This document shows positions 47,526 to 56,472 of a stretch of DNA of 64,000 bases, in pieces (position 1 is the first letter of the stretch; each line of letters opens with the position of its first letter). Location of the stretch: positions 1,080-65,079 of the forward strand of contig CANRMD010000006.1 in assembly GCA_947631645.1 (NCBI GenBank), written 5' to 3'. The notes beneath the pieces are model-generated. The model ran no database searches. It was not told where the DNA came from and was given only the letters and a program-made list of their open reading frames with translations. The DNA is from Candidatus Gastranaerophilales bacterium (lineage in GTDB: Bacteria > Cyanobacteriota > Vampirovibrionia > Gastranaerophilales > Gastranaerophilaceae). The position numbers were made by a program, and so were the translations under genes.

Positions 47526-47938
47526 TATTCCCCCATAACTTTAATTAAAACTCGTTTACGTCTTTGCCCGTCAAACTCAGCATAATAAACTTGCTGCCAA
47601 GGTCCGAAATCAAGTCTGCCGTTTGTTACCGGGATTATAACTTCATGCCCGATTAAAAGGCTTTTTAAGTGGCTGTCTGCGTTAGTTTCTCCGGTATGAT
47701 GATGATTATAATTAATATCAAACGGGGCAAGTTCTTCAACCCATTTATCTATATCTGATATTAAGCCTGACTCGGCATCATTTATGTAGACGCCTGCAGT
47801 TATATGCATGGCACTTACAAGAATCATACCTTCTTTTATACCGCTTTCGTGTAGTGCTTGTTCTACTTCGTCGGTTATGTTTATATATTCGCGGTGTTTT
47901 TGTGTATTAAACCAAAGATATTTAGTATAAAATTTCAT
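47525..47938 (-). CDS. YjbQ/UPF0047 family protein (secondary thiamine-phosphate synthase-like)
   Basis: [16 protein letters not shown]...NADSHLKS...GPWQ.VYY.EFDG.R.R pattern over the full 137 aa. Confidence 0.8.
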   Translation of the reverse strand: MKFYTKYLWFNTQKHREYINITDEVEQALHESGIKEGMILVSAMHITAGVYINDAESGLISDIDKWVEELAPFDINYNHHHTGETNADSHLKSLLIGHEVIIPVTNGRLDFGPWQQVYYAEFDGQRRKRVLIKVMGE

Positions 47939-47960
47939 TTTTCCTCTTTTTATTTTTTAT

Positions 47961-48000
47961 CTCATTTTATATCATTTTATATCATTTTATATCATTTATT
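47961..48000. repeat. Four tandem 10-bp units (ATCATTTTAT-like) between the yjbQ start and E4
   Basis: CTCATTTTAT ATCATTTTAT ATCATTTTAT ATCATTTATT, read directly. Confidence 0.85.
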
Positions 48001-48340
48001 GAAATATTATAAGGTTTGAATGACTTGAAATAATAATGTAATTTTCTTAACGAGGTGAATATCAGAGCAATTCTCTGTTTGAGCCCGATAGGGCGAGTTA
48101 GAATTGCTTTGGTGCCGAGTTAAAGAAAATAATTATTATTGAACGGAATGAAAACCTTATAATATTTCATTATTTGTTTTTCCTTTTTATAATGTATTAA
48201 ATAATAATGTAATATTTATAACGAGGTGAACATCAAAGCAATTCTCTGTTTGAGCCCGATAGGGCGAGTTAGAATTGCTTTGGTGCCGAGTTAAAGAAAA
48301 TAATTATTATTGAACGGAATGAAAACTTTATAATATTTCA
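48001..48340. ncRNA. E4: two tandem copies (171-bp period) of a structured element sharing the E2 core
   Basis: Copy A (48001-48168) is closed by a perfect 17-bp stem GAAATATTATAAGGTTT/AAACCTTATAATATTTC. Its inner helices are AATAATAATGTAATTTTCTTAAC/GTTAAAGAAAATAATTATTATT, CAGAGCAATTCT/AGAATTGCTTTG, and the core CTGTTTGA|gccc-gata-gggc|GAGTT. Copy B (48199-48339) lacks the left outer arm. Strand unresolved. Confidence 0.45.
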
Positions 48341-48357
48341 ATATGTATTATCATTTT

Positions 48358-49836
48358 TTATTTTGTAATATATTTAATTAAGCTTCTTACTCCGATACCT
48401 GTAGCACCTTTTATTCCCTCTGAGTTTGCAGAGTCTAAAAATGCGGTTCCCGCAATATCCAAGTGAAGCCAAGGTGTATTTTTTATAAATTTAGAAAGGA
48501 AAATACCTGCAGCAGAAGCTCCGCCCATTCTGCCGCCTGTATTCTTGGTATCTGCTATATCACTTTTCAGCGTGTCGCCGTATTCTTCAAACATTGGTAA
48601 TTGCCAATATCTTTCACCTGTAATATCTGCCGTTTTTATAAATTCTTTAATTTTATCTTCATTGTTACCCATAATACCTGAAGCTACGGTACCTAAAGCA
48701 ACCATACAAGCACCTGTTAAAGTAGCTATATCAATAATTTCATCAACATTAAGTTCTTCCGCGTAAGCTAAAGCATCAGCAAGAGTAACTCTGCCCTCTG
48801 CGTCGGTATTATCTATTTCAATACTTCTGCCGGTTTTTGCTATAATTACATCCCCCGGTTTATATGCACTGCCTGAGGGCATATTTTCGCAAGCTGCAAC
48901 AAGTGCATGGACTTCCACATCAGGTTTTAATTCGGAGATTGCTCTCATAGTACAAATAACAGCAGCAGCACCCGACATATCATCACGCATTGTAAGCATA
49001 GATGACGGCGGTTTAAGGTCTAATCCGCCCGCATCAAAAGTTATACCTTTCCCGACTATAGCAATTTTTCGTTTTGCTTTCTTTTCGGGTTTATATTCCA
49101 TGTGAATAAACTTAGGTTCGTGTACACTGCCTTGCCCTACTGCTAAAAAGGCATTCATACCCATTTTTTTGATTTGAGCTTTATTATAAACGGTTGTTTT
49201 TACGCCCGAGTTTTCAACTGCATATTTTGCAAGTGTTTCAGGGTATAAATATTGCGAAGATTCATTTATTAAATCTCTGGCCCTGTTTACTGCTTCTGCG
49301 ATAACGGTGCCTGTTTCAACCCCTTGTTTCGCTTTTTTATATTTTGTGTTATCTGTTTCAGCTATAATAAATTCTTTTATATTATTGTCTTTTTTTTCTG
49401 TTTTATATTTGTCAAACGCGTATGTTCCTGAAATTGCACCTTCTGTAATCATTTGAGCACACAATTCAGGGCACATTCCGCCTATACCTGCACCATGTAA
49501 TATAGTTACAACTTTTTTTACACCTTTTAATAAACTGCAAGTTCTTATTATTTTTGCGGTTAAATCTCTTATTTTAGAATATGTAAAATCTTTTTGTTCA
49601 CCCAGCCCGGCAATAAATATTCTTTTACCTTCTTTTGGGAGAGGAAGCTGATAGATAGAGCCGTATTTACCTTCAAATTTTTCCTGTTTAATAACAAAAT
49701 CGGAAATAATGTTTTTATATGCTTTATCTACAATTCCCGTAACGCCTCCCGGGGCTTTTACCCCTTTAAACAGATTAACTATAATCAAATCTGCATCAAT
49801 ATCTAAGATAGATTTTTTTTCGATTTTAACTTTCAT
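48358..49836 (-). CDS. pepA: Leucyl aminopeptidase (M17)
   Basis: GKGITFDAGG and NTDAEGRVTLAD motifs. ATG 49836 has AAGGAG 6 nt upstream and is preferred over the ORF-track ATG at 49854. Confidence 0.93.
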   Translation of the reverse strand: MKVKIEKKSILDIDADLIIVNLFKGVKAPGGVTGIVDKAYKNIISDFVIKQEKFEGKYGSIYQLPLPKEGKRIFIAGLGEQKDFTYSKIRDLTAKIIRTCSLLKGVKKVVTILHGAGIGGMCPELCAQMITEGAISGTYAFDKYKTEKKDNNIKEFIIAETDNTKYKKAKQGVETGTVIAEAVNRARDLINESSQYLYPETLAKYAVENSGVKTTVYNKAQIKKMGMNAFLAVGQGSVHEPKFIHMEYKPEKKAKRKIAIVGKGITFDAGGLDLKPPSSMLTMRDDMSGAAAVICTMRAISELKPDVEVHALVAACENMPSGSAYKPGDVIIAKTGRSIEIDNTDAEGRVTLADALAYAEELNVDEIIDIATLTGACMVALGTVASGIMGNNEDKIKEFIKTADITGERYWQLPMFEEYGDTLKSDIADTKNTGGRMGGASAAGIFLSKFIKNTPWLHLDIAGTAFLDSANSEGIKGATGIGVRSLIKYITK

Positions 49837-49846
49837 ATTAGTCTCC

Positions 49847-51160
49847 TTATTCATTAAAGTTTTCGTTAAATTTTTTCATCCAGCCGAAAATAACCGATAA
49901 TTCGTATGGTTTAGGCAGATATAAGTCTGCTCCGGCGTTTAAAACAAGCTCTTTATCTCTTATTGTTGTTGTGAATATAATTTCTGATTTAAAATCAGGT
50001 GTTTCAAATTTTAATTTTCTGCATATTTCAAGCCCTTTAAGAGTTTCGGAATTACCGGCATCAAGAATAATAACAGAGGGATTAAATTCTTTTATTGCGT
50101 CAAAAATTTCATCATATTGGGTTATAACTCTAACATTATAGCCTTGAAGTTTTGCGGTTGCTTCTAGAAGAATGGAAAGGGCATCATCAGGCTCCATAAT
50201 AAGAATATTTTTGTTGTATTCTTTTTGCTCAACTGCGTTATCTGCGGTAATTTCAGGACGTTCAACCACATAGTTTGACCCTGTTTTATATTTTGCAAGT
50301 TTGTGAGTTGAAAAAAGCGAACTTATAACCTGTTTTATGTCGGTATATTTTTTATATTTGTTAGATATTATACCGATGCTTGCACAAACAAGATTCACTT
50401 TATCTTCTGCCGCATCATCACCGTGCATAAAAGTAAAACCGCGTTTTGCATCATTTTGAGAGTAGAATTTTTTTACTACCGTATCGAATGCATATACTAA
50501 ATAATTGGCAATTCTTTCAGCTTTATCTGCGTTAGTAATCACGATAAAATCTTCTTGCCCTAATTGTCCTAAATAATCCGAAGGTTCAAGGCAGGATTTT
50601 ATGATGGCTGAATAGGTTTGAAGCAGTTTATCAGCAGCCAGTTCTCCGTATAATTCTTTATAAAACTCAAGATTGTCAATATCTATATACATAATTTCCC
50701 ATTGAGTTTCACTGTTTATAATACGTTTAATCATTTTATCGGAAACTTTTGAGTTAAACAGCATGGTTTTTTCGGAGAATGAATTTTCTAGATTTCGTCT
50801 TAGATGTGCTGATATTCTTGCTTTAAATTCTTCGCTGTTAATGGGCTCGCTTAAAAAGTCATCTGCACCGGAGTCTAAAATATCAATTTTATCTTGAATA
50901 TGGTTCGATTTTGATAATGCAATTATTGCGGGACGTGTATTATATGTTAAGACTCTTATCTGCTCCAGAGCTTTTTTTACATCAAAGTCTAAACTGTCTG
51001 AAATTAATATTAAATCAGGTTCAAAAGAATTTATTATCTTTAAACCTTTCGCAAAATCGGAAGCTTGAAAAACCGTAATATCACTGTTTTCAAGAATTTT
51101 CTTGTATTTTATTGATTGTTCTTTTCTTTTATCAATTAATAAAACTACTTTTGCTAACAT
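49847..51160 (-). CDS. Response regulator with REC - degenerate GGDEF - REC architecture
   Basis: The N-terminal REC-like domain (LILISD) has SEP in place of the conserved KP. The central GGDEF-fold has GQEDF in place of GG[DE]EF. The C-terminal REC is canonical (EPDD, IILDAG, PKPYE). Confidence 0.75.
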   Translation of the reverse strand: MLAKVVLLIDKRKEQSIKYKKILENSDITVFQASDFAKGLKIINSFEPDLILISDSLDFDVKKALEQIRVLTYNTRPAIIALSKSNHIQDKIDILDSGADDFLSEPINSEEFKARISAHLRRNLENSFSEKTMLFNSKVSDKMIKRIINSETQWEIMYIDIDNLEFYKELYGELAADKLLQTYSAIIKSCLEPSDYLGQLGQEDFIVITNADKAERIANYLVYAFDTVVKKFYSQNDAKRGFTFMHGDDAAEDKVNLVCASIGIISNKYKKYTDIKQVISSLFSTHKLAKYKTGSNYVVERPEITADNAVEQKEYNKNILIMEPDDALSILLEATAKLQGYNVRVITQYDEIFDAIKEFNPSVIILDAGNSETLKGLEICRKLKFETPDFKSEIIFTTTIRDKELVLNAGADLYLPKPYELSVIFGWMKKFNENFNE

Positions 51161-51163
51161 TTT

Positions 51164-51913
51164 CTACTCTTTAATCTTGTTTTTACCGTTATCTTCAGGC
51201 GTTGCTGCTTTGAAAATCACTTTAAATTCACTGCCTTTGGAGGAACTTTCGACCGTAATGTTTCCTCCCATTTTTTCTACAAGGGTTTTTGTGATATAAA
51301 GCCCTAAGCCGTTGCCTTGAATTTTTCTTGTTAAAGGCGAATCAACCCGCGAAAATTTATTAAATATTCTGCTTAAATCCTCTTGTTTTATTCCGATACC
51401 CTCATCTTTTACCGATATTATAAGGGTATTTTCATTATAATTTTGGCTTAAATCTACCGTTACGGTTGTATTTTCATCCGAATATTTTGATGCATTATCA
51501 ATTAAATTTAATAATATTTGCTGAAATTTATCAGTATCCACAAGAATTTTAGGAAGATTTTTTCCGTAATTACAAACATATTTATGAGTTTTATACTGAT
51601 TTTTAACCATTTGAACGGCACAATCAACAATCGGAACTGCATCTATCGTTTTATAAACCATTAATTCTTTTTCCGATTGCATTTTAGAAACGGTTAAAAG
51701 ATTTTCAACAAGATTTATAAGCCTGTTAGATTGTTCCTTAATAATTAAAAGAAATTTTTCTCTTTGCTCGGGCGTTAACCTGTCATAAGACGTTAAAAGA
51801 GTATCGGCAAAACCTCTGATGCTTGTAAGAGGCGTTCTTAACTCGTGGCTTACGGTTGATATAAAATCTAAGTGTGCCTGTTCAAGATTTTCTTTAGTTT
51901 CTGTCATAAACAT
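51164..51913 (-). CDS. Soluble histidine kinase, DHp + catalytic domains only
   Basis: H-box VSHELRTPLTSI, N-box LLNLIDNASKY, G-boxes DEGIGI and GNGLGLY. 249 aa with no TM or sensor domain. Confidence 0.85.
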   Translation of the reverse strand: MFMTETKENLEQAHLDFISTVSHELRTPLTSIRGFADTLLTSYDRLTPEQREKFLLIIKEQSNRLINLVENLLTVSKMQSEKELMVYKTIDAVPIVDCAVQMVKNQYKTHKYVCNYGKNLPKILVDTDKFQQILLNLIDNASKYSDENTTVTVDLSQNYNENTLIISVKDEGIGIKQEDLSRIFNKFSRVDSPLTRKIQGNGLGLYITKTLVEKMGGNITVESSSKGSEFKVIFKAATPEDNGKNKIKE

Positions 51914-51972
51914 TATTATATAACTGTTTTTAATTTTTAGCTATGATATTATTATTTATATAGGATTAAATT

Positions 51973-52551
51973 ATGGAAAAAGATAAAAAAACAATATGTG
52001 TTTACTGCTCATCAAGTAATCATTTACCTGAGAAATTTTATAAAATCGCTCAAGAATTCGGAACTGCAATCGGTAAAAACGGATATAATATGGTTTATGG
52101 CGGAACAACGGTCGGGATGATGGGTGTTATAGCAAATAATGCACTTGAAAACGGTTCCGAAGTCATAGGTGTTATCCCTGAACGTATTGCATCTTTTGGT
52201 TTAAAACATCCTTCTTTAGCGAAAGTTATTGTTACAAAAGATATGAGAGAGCGTAAAGCAACAATGGAAAAATACGCCGATATCTTTATTGCAACCCCGG
52301 GAGGCTTCGGCACCTTTGAAGAAATTTTTGAAATATTAGTGGCAAAACAATTGGGCTACCACAATAAACCTGTTATTTTCTTTAATTTTGACAACTATTA
52401 CTCTGATATGTTAAAGATGTTTGAAACCGTATACGAGAATAAATTTGCAAAACCCGAAGCACGTGATTTGTACTTTATAGCAAACTCAATAGCTGAAATG
52501 TTTGATTATATTAAAACATACACACCTAAAGAGTTTGTTTTAAAGTGGTAA
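51973..52551 (+). CDS. LOG family protein (TIGR00730, nucleotide 5'-monophosphate nucleosidase)
   Basis: GGTTVGMMG and PGGFGTFEE motifs. Confidence 0.88.
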   Translation: MEKDKKTICVYCSSSNHLPEKFYKIAQEFGTAIGKNGYNMVYGGTTVGMMGVIANNALENGSEVIGVIPERIASFGLKHPSLAKVIVTKDMRERKATMEKYADIFIATPGGFGTFEEIFEILVAKQLGYHNKPVIFFNFDNYYSDMLKMFETVYENKFAKPEARDLYFIANSIAEMFDYIKTYTPKEFVLKW

Positions 52552-52555
52552 AAAG

Positions 52556-52939
52556 TTATTTTACAACAGAAATTGTATCAACTTCTACAGACAAAGAATG
52601 GAAGTCTTTATCAACTTCGCCAGTGATTTTAACGGTATCATTAGCACTGACGGTTGTTCCCGCCCAAACTTTATCATCGATTTCCACAGTTATAGTACCC
52701 GTTGAGTCTTTAAAAAGATATTTTTCTTTTCCGATTTTGGAAACAATATTCCCTTGTAAAGAAATATAAGAATTATCGGCAAAAGTTTTAACGGAAGCAA
52801 CTGTTGCTGCTTTGTCTTGAGAAGCACCCGTGAATCCTCCGCCGGCATTATTATACTGAGTATTGTCTGTATAACCCGCATAAACGTTTGAAGCTGTCAT
52901 AACAAAGATAATTGAAGTCAATGCTAATAACTTTTTCAT
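52556..52939 (-). CDS. Periplasmic OB-fold protein, YgiW/BOF family
   Basis: Signal peptide (MKKLLALTSIIFVMTASNVYA) and the BOF pattern TVASVKTFADNSYISLQGNIVSKIG.EKYLFKDSTGTITVEID. Confidence 0.8.
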   Translation of the reverse strand: MKKLLALTSIIFVMTASNVYAGYTDNTQYNNAGGGFTGASQDKAATVASVKTFADNSYISLQGNIVSKIGKEKYLFKDSTGTITVEIDDKVWAGTTVSANDTVKITGEVDKDFHSLSVEVDTISVVK

Positions 52940-53083
52940 ATATTTCTCCTTTGTTAATAAAATAACTTATTATGATAATAAATACTATACCATATTTTAT
53001 AACTGCTTGTGCATATTTGTGTAATTATGTAAAAACAAGCAATTTGGGTTATAATATAGCTTTCGTCTACACTGGACAATAAT

Positions 53084-53272
53084 TTACATTAACGCTTCAA
53101 ACTTAGAGTAAAATTCTGTTTTTTCACGTACAAAAATCATGTCGGGATGCTTATCACTTTTATATAAAACCATCATTTGTCCGTCATTAACGTTGGTGCA
53201 GTTTATCACGTCATCACGAAGCATCTCGTATATATTGCCTGTTTTTAAATGTTTAAACTTTTTGGAAGACAT
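53084..53272 (-). CDS. DUF1653-like small protein
   Basis: FKHLKTGNIYEML...MMVLYKS...IFVREKTEFYSKFE resembles the DUF1653 pattern. Overlaps the upstream methyltransferase gene by 20 nt. Confidence 0.55.
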   Translation of the reverse strand: MSSKKFKHLKTGNIYEMLRDDVINCTNVNDGQMMVLYKSDKHPDMIFVREKTEFYSKFEALM

Positions 53273-54128
53273 AAATATACTCGTGTTTAAAAATGTAGAA
53301 CCCGCCGTTTAATGCTCGATAACGCCATAAGTTAGCGGTTTTACCTTTTGCTCTTTCGTTGCCTTCCATATTTTTAACAATTACGGCTTTCATTTTAAAG
53401 CCGATTTCACGCATTTTTTGAGCACAATCAGCGCCTAACGGAACTATTTCTCCGTTCGCATACTTATCGCCTATAATTAATGCTGCAAATCTGCCTTTTT
53501 CCAATAAATCGTAACCGTTTTTCGCTACTTTTCGGAACAAATCATAAAATTCCTCTGTTGTAGCACAGTTTGATAAATCTTCTTTTTTATCCGAAAACTT
53601 AATAATATCGTCATAAGGCGGATGAAGGATTAAAAATTGTGCTTTATTTTCCCTCATTACATCAAGTCTTGCCTGAATTTTATCTTTGACTTTAACATCG
53701 GCACTATCCGAGCATATTATGTTTACGTCGGTTACAAGTTCTTTATTTGAGAATTTATTTTTAACAACTTCAACCTGTTCGGGTTTAAGTTCAACCCCGA
53801 TACATCTTCTTTGCATATTCAAAGCTTCAATGGCACTTGTTCCAGAGCCTAAAAACATATCAAGAACTATATCGCCTTTTTTTGTAAATCTTTCAAACAA
53901 CTGTTGAGCCAATTGAGGAATATAGTTTCCGTGATACTCGTTAGAGTGCCCGTGAGTATTATCTCTTGAAGCAAATTCCCACCACGTATCCGTTTTAATG
54001 TGGCTGTAATTTTTCCAATTATTCAGGTCAATATCGCTGTATGGCTTTGTTTTAACCTTAGGAGCCACCCTTAAATCGGGTCTTTGCTCTTGAATTTTAA
54101 CTTTTTTAGTATTATCGCCTCTTACCAT
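53253..54128 (-). CDS. SAM-dependent amino-methyltransferase (N6/N4 DNA or RNA methylase), orphan
   Basis: Motif I VLDMFLGSGTSAIEA precedes motif IV ILHPPYDDII. No endonuclease gene is adjacent. Confidence 0.65.
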   Translation of the reverse strand: MVRGDNTKKVKIQEQRPDLRVAPKVKTKPYSDIDLNNWKNYSHIKTDTWWEFASRDNTHGHSNEYHGNYIPQLAQQLFERFTKKGDIVLDMFLGSGTSAIEALNMQRRCIGVELKPEQVEVVKNKFSNKELVTDVNIICSDSADVKVKDKIQARLDVMRENKAQFLILHPPYDDIIKFSDKKEDLSNCATTEEFYDLFRKVAKNGYDLLEKGRFAALIIGDKYANGEIVPLGADCAQKMREIGFKMKAVIVKNMEGNERAKGKTANLWRYRALNGGFYIFKHEYIYVFQKV

Positions 54129-54354
54129 AATCCCTCAAATGTATACTATATTCATTTGTTTAGTATATGGAAATTTATTCTTTTTCAAATCGTACAAAAT
54201 TACGATTTATTTTTTGTACTTGAAATTCATGCCAAAAACCTTAATAAATAAATGTTTCGTGTGATTTAAGTCTTGTAAAAAATACAACATATAAATGATG
54301 CTTATATATGTAAAAAAATATATTGTATTGCTATAAGTAAGATTAGGGTGATAA

Positions 54355-55536
54355 ATGACGGCTTTAAAATCAGAAGTAAATAGTACAAAAATAAAACCAA
54401 ATGATTTATTTAAAGATTATTTTTGGTTTTATTCAAACATATATGAAAAAGTTCAATCTGCCGTTAATGAGTATTTTCAAAAAGATATTGAACTAAGATT
54501 TATGGGAGTTTCCATAGATGAGAATATTTTGGCATATGGAGATGAATATTTTGTAAACCATATACCTGTCAGCAAAAATTCGGTTGTAAAAATAAAAATA
54601 TCCTCAGATTTAGTATCATCAATCTTAGATGTAACTCTTGGAGGTTCCGATAGGGCATTTGCTTTAAAGACCATGACCGATATTGAAGCAATGCTTATGA
54701 AATCTTTTACGTTATTTGTGTATAAAAATATTGAGGAACCTTTAATTAAAGCGGAATTAAATAAAAAGGTATTGGAAAGTGCAAAAGAATACAGTATGAC
54801 ATTTTATGCCAAATGCAGTGAAAAACATGCGGGTAAAATAATACTGACAATACCTGATTATATGATACCGCCTATAGAAATACCGGAATATGAAGAAAAT
54901 TATGATATTTCAGATTTTCAATCAGCAAAAATAAAAGTTAAATTAAGTGCCGGCTCATCAAAAATAAAGTTAAACGAGATAAAAACAATAGAAGACGGAG
55001 ATGTAATATTGCTGGAAAACAGTAATATTAATAAAATGTCAATACTATGGGATGATAATAAAGTGGAATTTAATATTGATCCTGACCCGTCTTTAATCAT
55101 CAGTGTAGATAATAACGGAGGCAATGAAATGGAAGAATCATCAAGCGTAAAATCTCAAAATATGTGGGATTCAATACTTGTAGACATCGTTGCGGAATTT
55201 GATAATGTTAAATTAACTTTAGGAGAATTAAAACAAATCTCTGAGGGGCTTGTAATTGATGTCGGTTCCGTTTATGAAAATAAAATTAAGTTAAGAGTCG
55301 AAAACCAAGTTGTTGCAACGGGTGAGCTTGTTATATTGAATGACAGATACGGAGTCAGAATTGATAACATCGCTAAAGTAAAAGAATCAGAACCTAAGAA
55401 GGAAGTAACTTCCGTTTCTGCTGAAACTAAAGCGGAAAACATCGAAGCGGTTTCGACAAATGAAATGCAAAAAAATAAAGAAACCGATAAAAACTTTGAT
55501 TACAGTGATTTTGAAATAGAAGACGAAAGTATATAG
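54355..55536 (+). CDS. Flagellar motor switch protein, FliM-like N-terminal part fused to FliN-type SpoA domain
   Basis: There are two SpoA-like segments: KVKLSAGSSKIKLNEIKTIEDGDVILL and VAEFDNVKLTLGELKQISEGLVIDVGSVYENKIKLRVENQVVATGELVILNDRYGVRIDNI. The gene sits directly upstream of fliO, fliP, fliQ and fliR. No LSQxEIDALL CheY-binding peptide was seen. Confidence 0.75.
   Translation: MTALKSEVNSTKIKPNDLFKDYFWFYSNIYEKVQSAVNEYFQKDIELRFMGVSIDENILAYGDEYFVNHIPVSKNSVVKIKISSDLVSSILDVTLGGSDRAFALKTMTDIEAMLMKSFTLFVYKNIEEPLIKAELNKKVLESAKEYSMTFYAKCSEKHAGKIILTIPDYMIPPIEIPEYEENYDISDFQSAKIKVKLSAGSSKIKLNEIKTIEDGDVILLENSNINKMSILWDDNKVEFNIDPDPSLIISVDNNGGNEMEESSSVKSQNMWDSILVDIVAEFDNVKLTLGELKQISEGLVIDVGSVYENKIKLRVENQVVATGELVILNDRYGVRIDNIAKVKESEPKKEVTSVSAETKAENIEAVSTNEMQKNKETDKNFDYSDFEIEDESI
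55117..55131 (+). promoter_or_regulatory. Internal Shine-Dalgarno plus in-frame ATG inside the fliM/N fusion
   Basis: GGAGG (55117-55121), a 7-nt spacer, and an in-frame ATG at 55129 (codon 259). This would yield a 135-aa SpoA-only product. Confidence 0.4.
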
Positions 55537-55545
55537 AGGAATATA

Positions 55546-55803
55546 ATGAACAGTTATATAATACATTTTGCCACATACACTCTTGCAATGATAGGTTTTA
55601 TTGTCATTGCGGTTTATATATATAAAAAAACAATGTATACCGGAGCTGCTCAAGGTGACAAAAATTATCTGAAAATAGAAAATGCTCTCAGATTAAGTGC
55701 AAGTAAAACAGTGTATGTTTTAAAAGCAGGCAGCGAAAAGTTTTTAATTGCGGCAGATAGTTCAAATACAACGCTGCTGGCAAAGTTAAATGAGAATAAT
55801 TAA
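55546..55803 (+). CDS. fliO: Flagellar biosynthesis protein FliO-like (single TM)
   Basis: An 85-aa protein with one TM (YTLAMIGFIVIAVYIY) and a VYVLKAGSEKFLIAADSS tail. It occupies the canonical position between fliN and fliP. Confidence 0.6.
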   Translation: MNSYIIHFATYTLAMIGFIVIAVYIYKKTMYTGAAQGDKNYLKIENALRLSASKTVYVLKAGSEKFLIAADSSNTTLLAKLNENN

Positions 55804-55815
55804 GAATAAACAGAG

Positions 55816-56463
55816 GTGGATATGGATGCAGTTTTAAAAGATTTAAGCCCTATATTACAATTATTGGTTGTAATGGCGATATTTTCGCTGTTGCCTTTTA
55901 TGTTTGTATGTATGACAAGTTTTATGCGTTATGCAATAGTGTTCGGGTTTTTAAAACAAGCTTTAGGAGCACAGCAAATACCTCCTGCTATAGTATTGGT
56001 CGGATTATCAATTATATTAACATTTTATACAATGGGACCCGTTTTTCAACAAATGTATGAAATAGGTTCAAAACCGTATCAAAAAGACGGTTCTATTGTA
56101 CTTGCCCTTTCTGAGGGTTCAAAACCTTTAAAAGAATTTATGTTAAAGCAAACAAGAGAAAAAGATTTGGCATTTTTCGTTCAGTTATCAAGAAAAGAAG
56201 CTCCTAAAAATATTGAAGAATTAACAATATGGGAAGTAGCTCCCGCTTATATTTTAAGCGAATTGAAAACAGCGTTTGAAATAAGTTTTATAATATTTGT
56301 ACCGTTTATTGTTTTGGACTTGGTAATAGCGAATGTACTATTGGCTTTAGGTATGTTCATGCTGTCGCCGACCATTATTTCTTTACCGTTTAAACTGCTG
56401 ATATTTATTGCCGTTGACGGCTGGGGTTTAATTGTAAACGGTTTAGTCGGAAGTTTTAACTAA
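55816..56463 (+). CDS. fliP: Flagellar export apparatus protein FliP
   Basis: TSFMRYAIVFGFLKQALGAQQIPP and the conserved C-terminal TM pair. The start is GTG 55816 or ATG 55822. Confidence 0.93.
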   Translation: MDMDAVLKDLSPILQLLVVMAIFSLLPFMFVCMTSFMRYAIVFGFLKQALGAQQIPPAIVLVGLSIILTFYTMGPVFQQMYEIGSKPYQKDGSIVLALSEGSKPLKEFMLKQTREKDLAFFVQLSRKEAPKNIEELTIWEVAPAYILSELKTAFEISFIIFVPFIVLDLVIANVLLALGMFMLSPTIISLPFKLLIFIAVDGWGLIVNGLVGSFN

Positions 56464-56472
56464 GGATTAATT

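Noticed and set aside
53253-54128. Restriction-modification system
   Set aside because: Only a methyltransferase is present. No endonuclease, specificity or helicase gene lies within several kb on either side.
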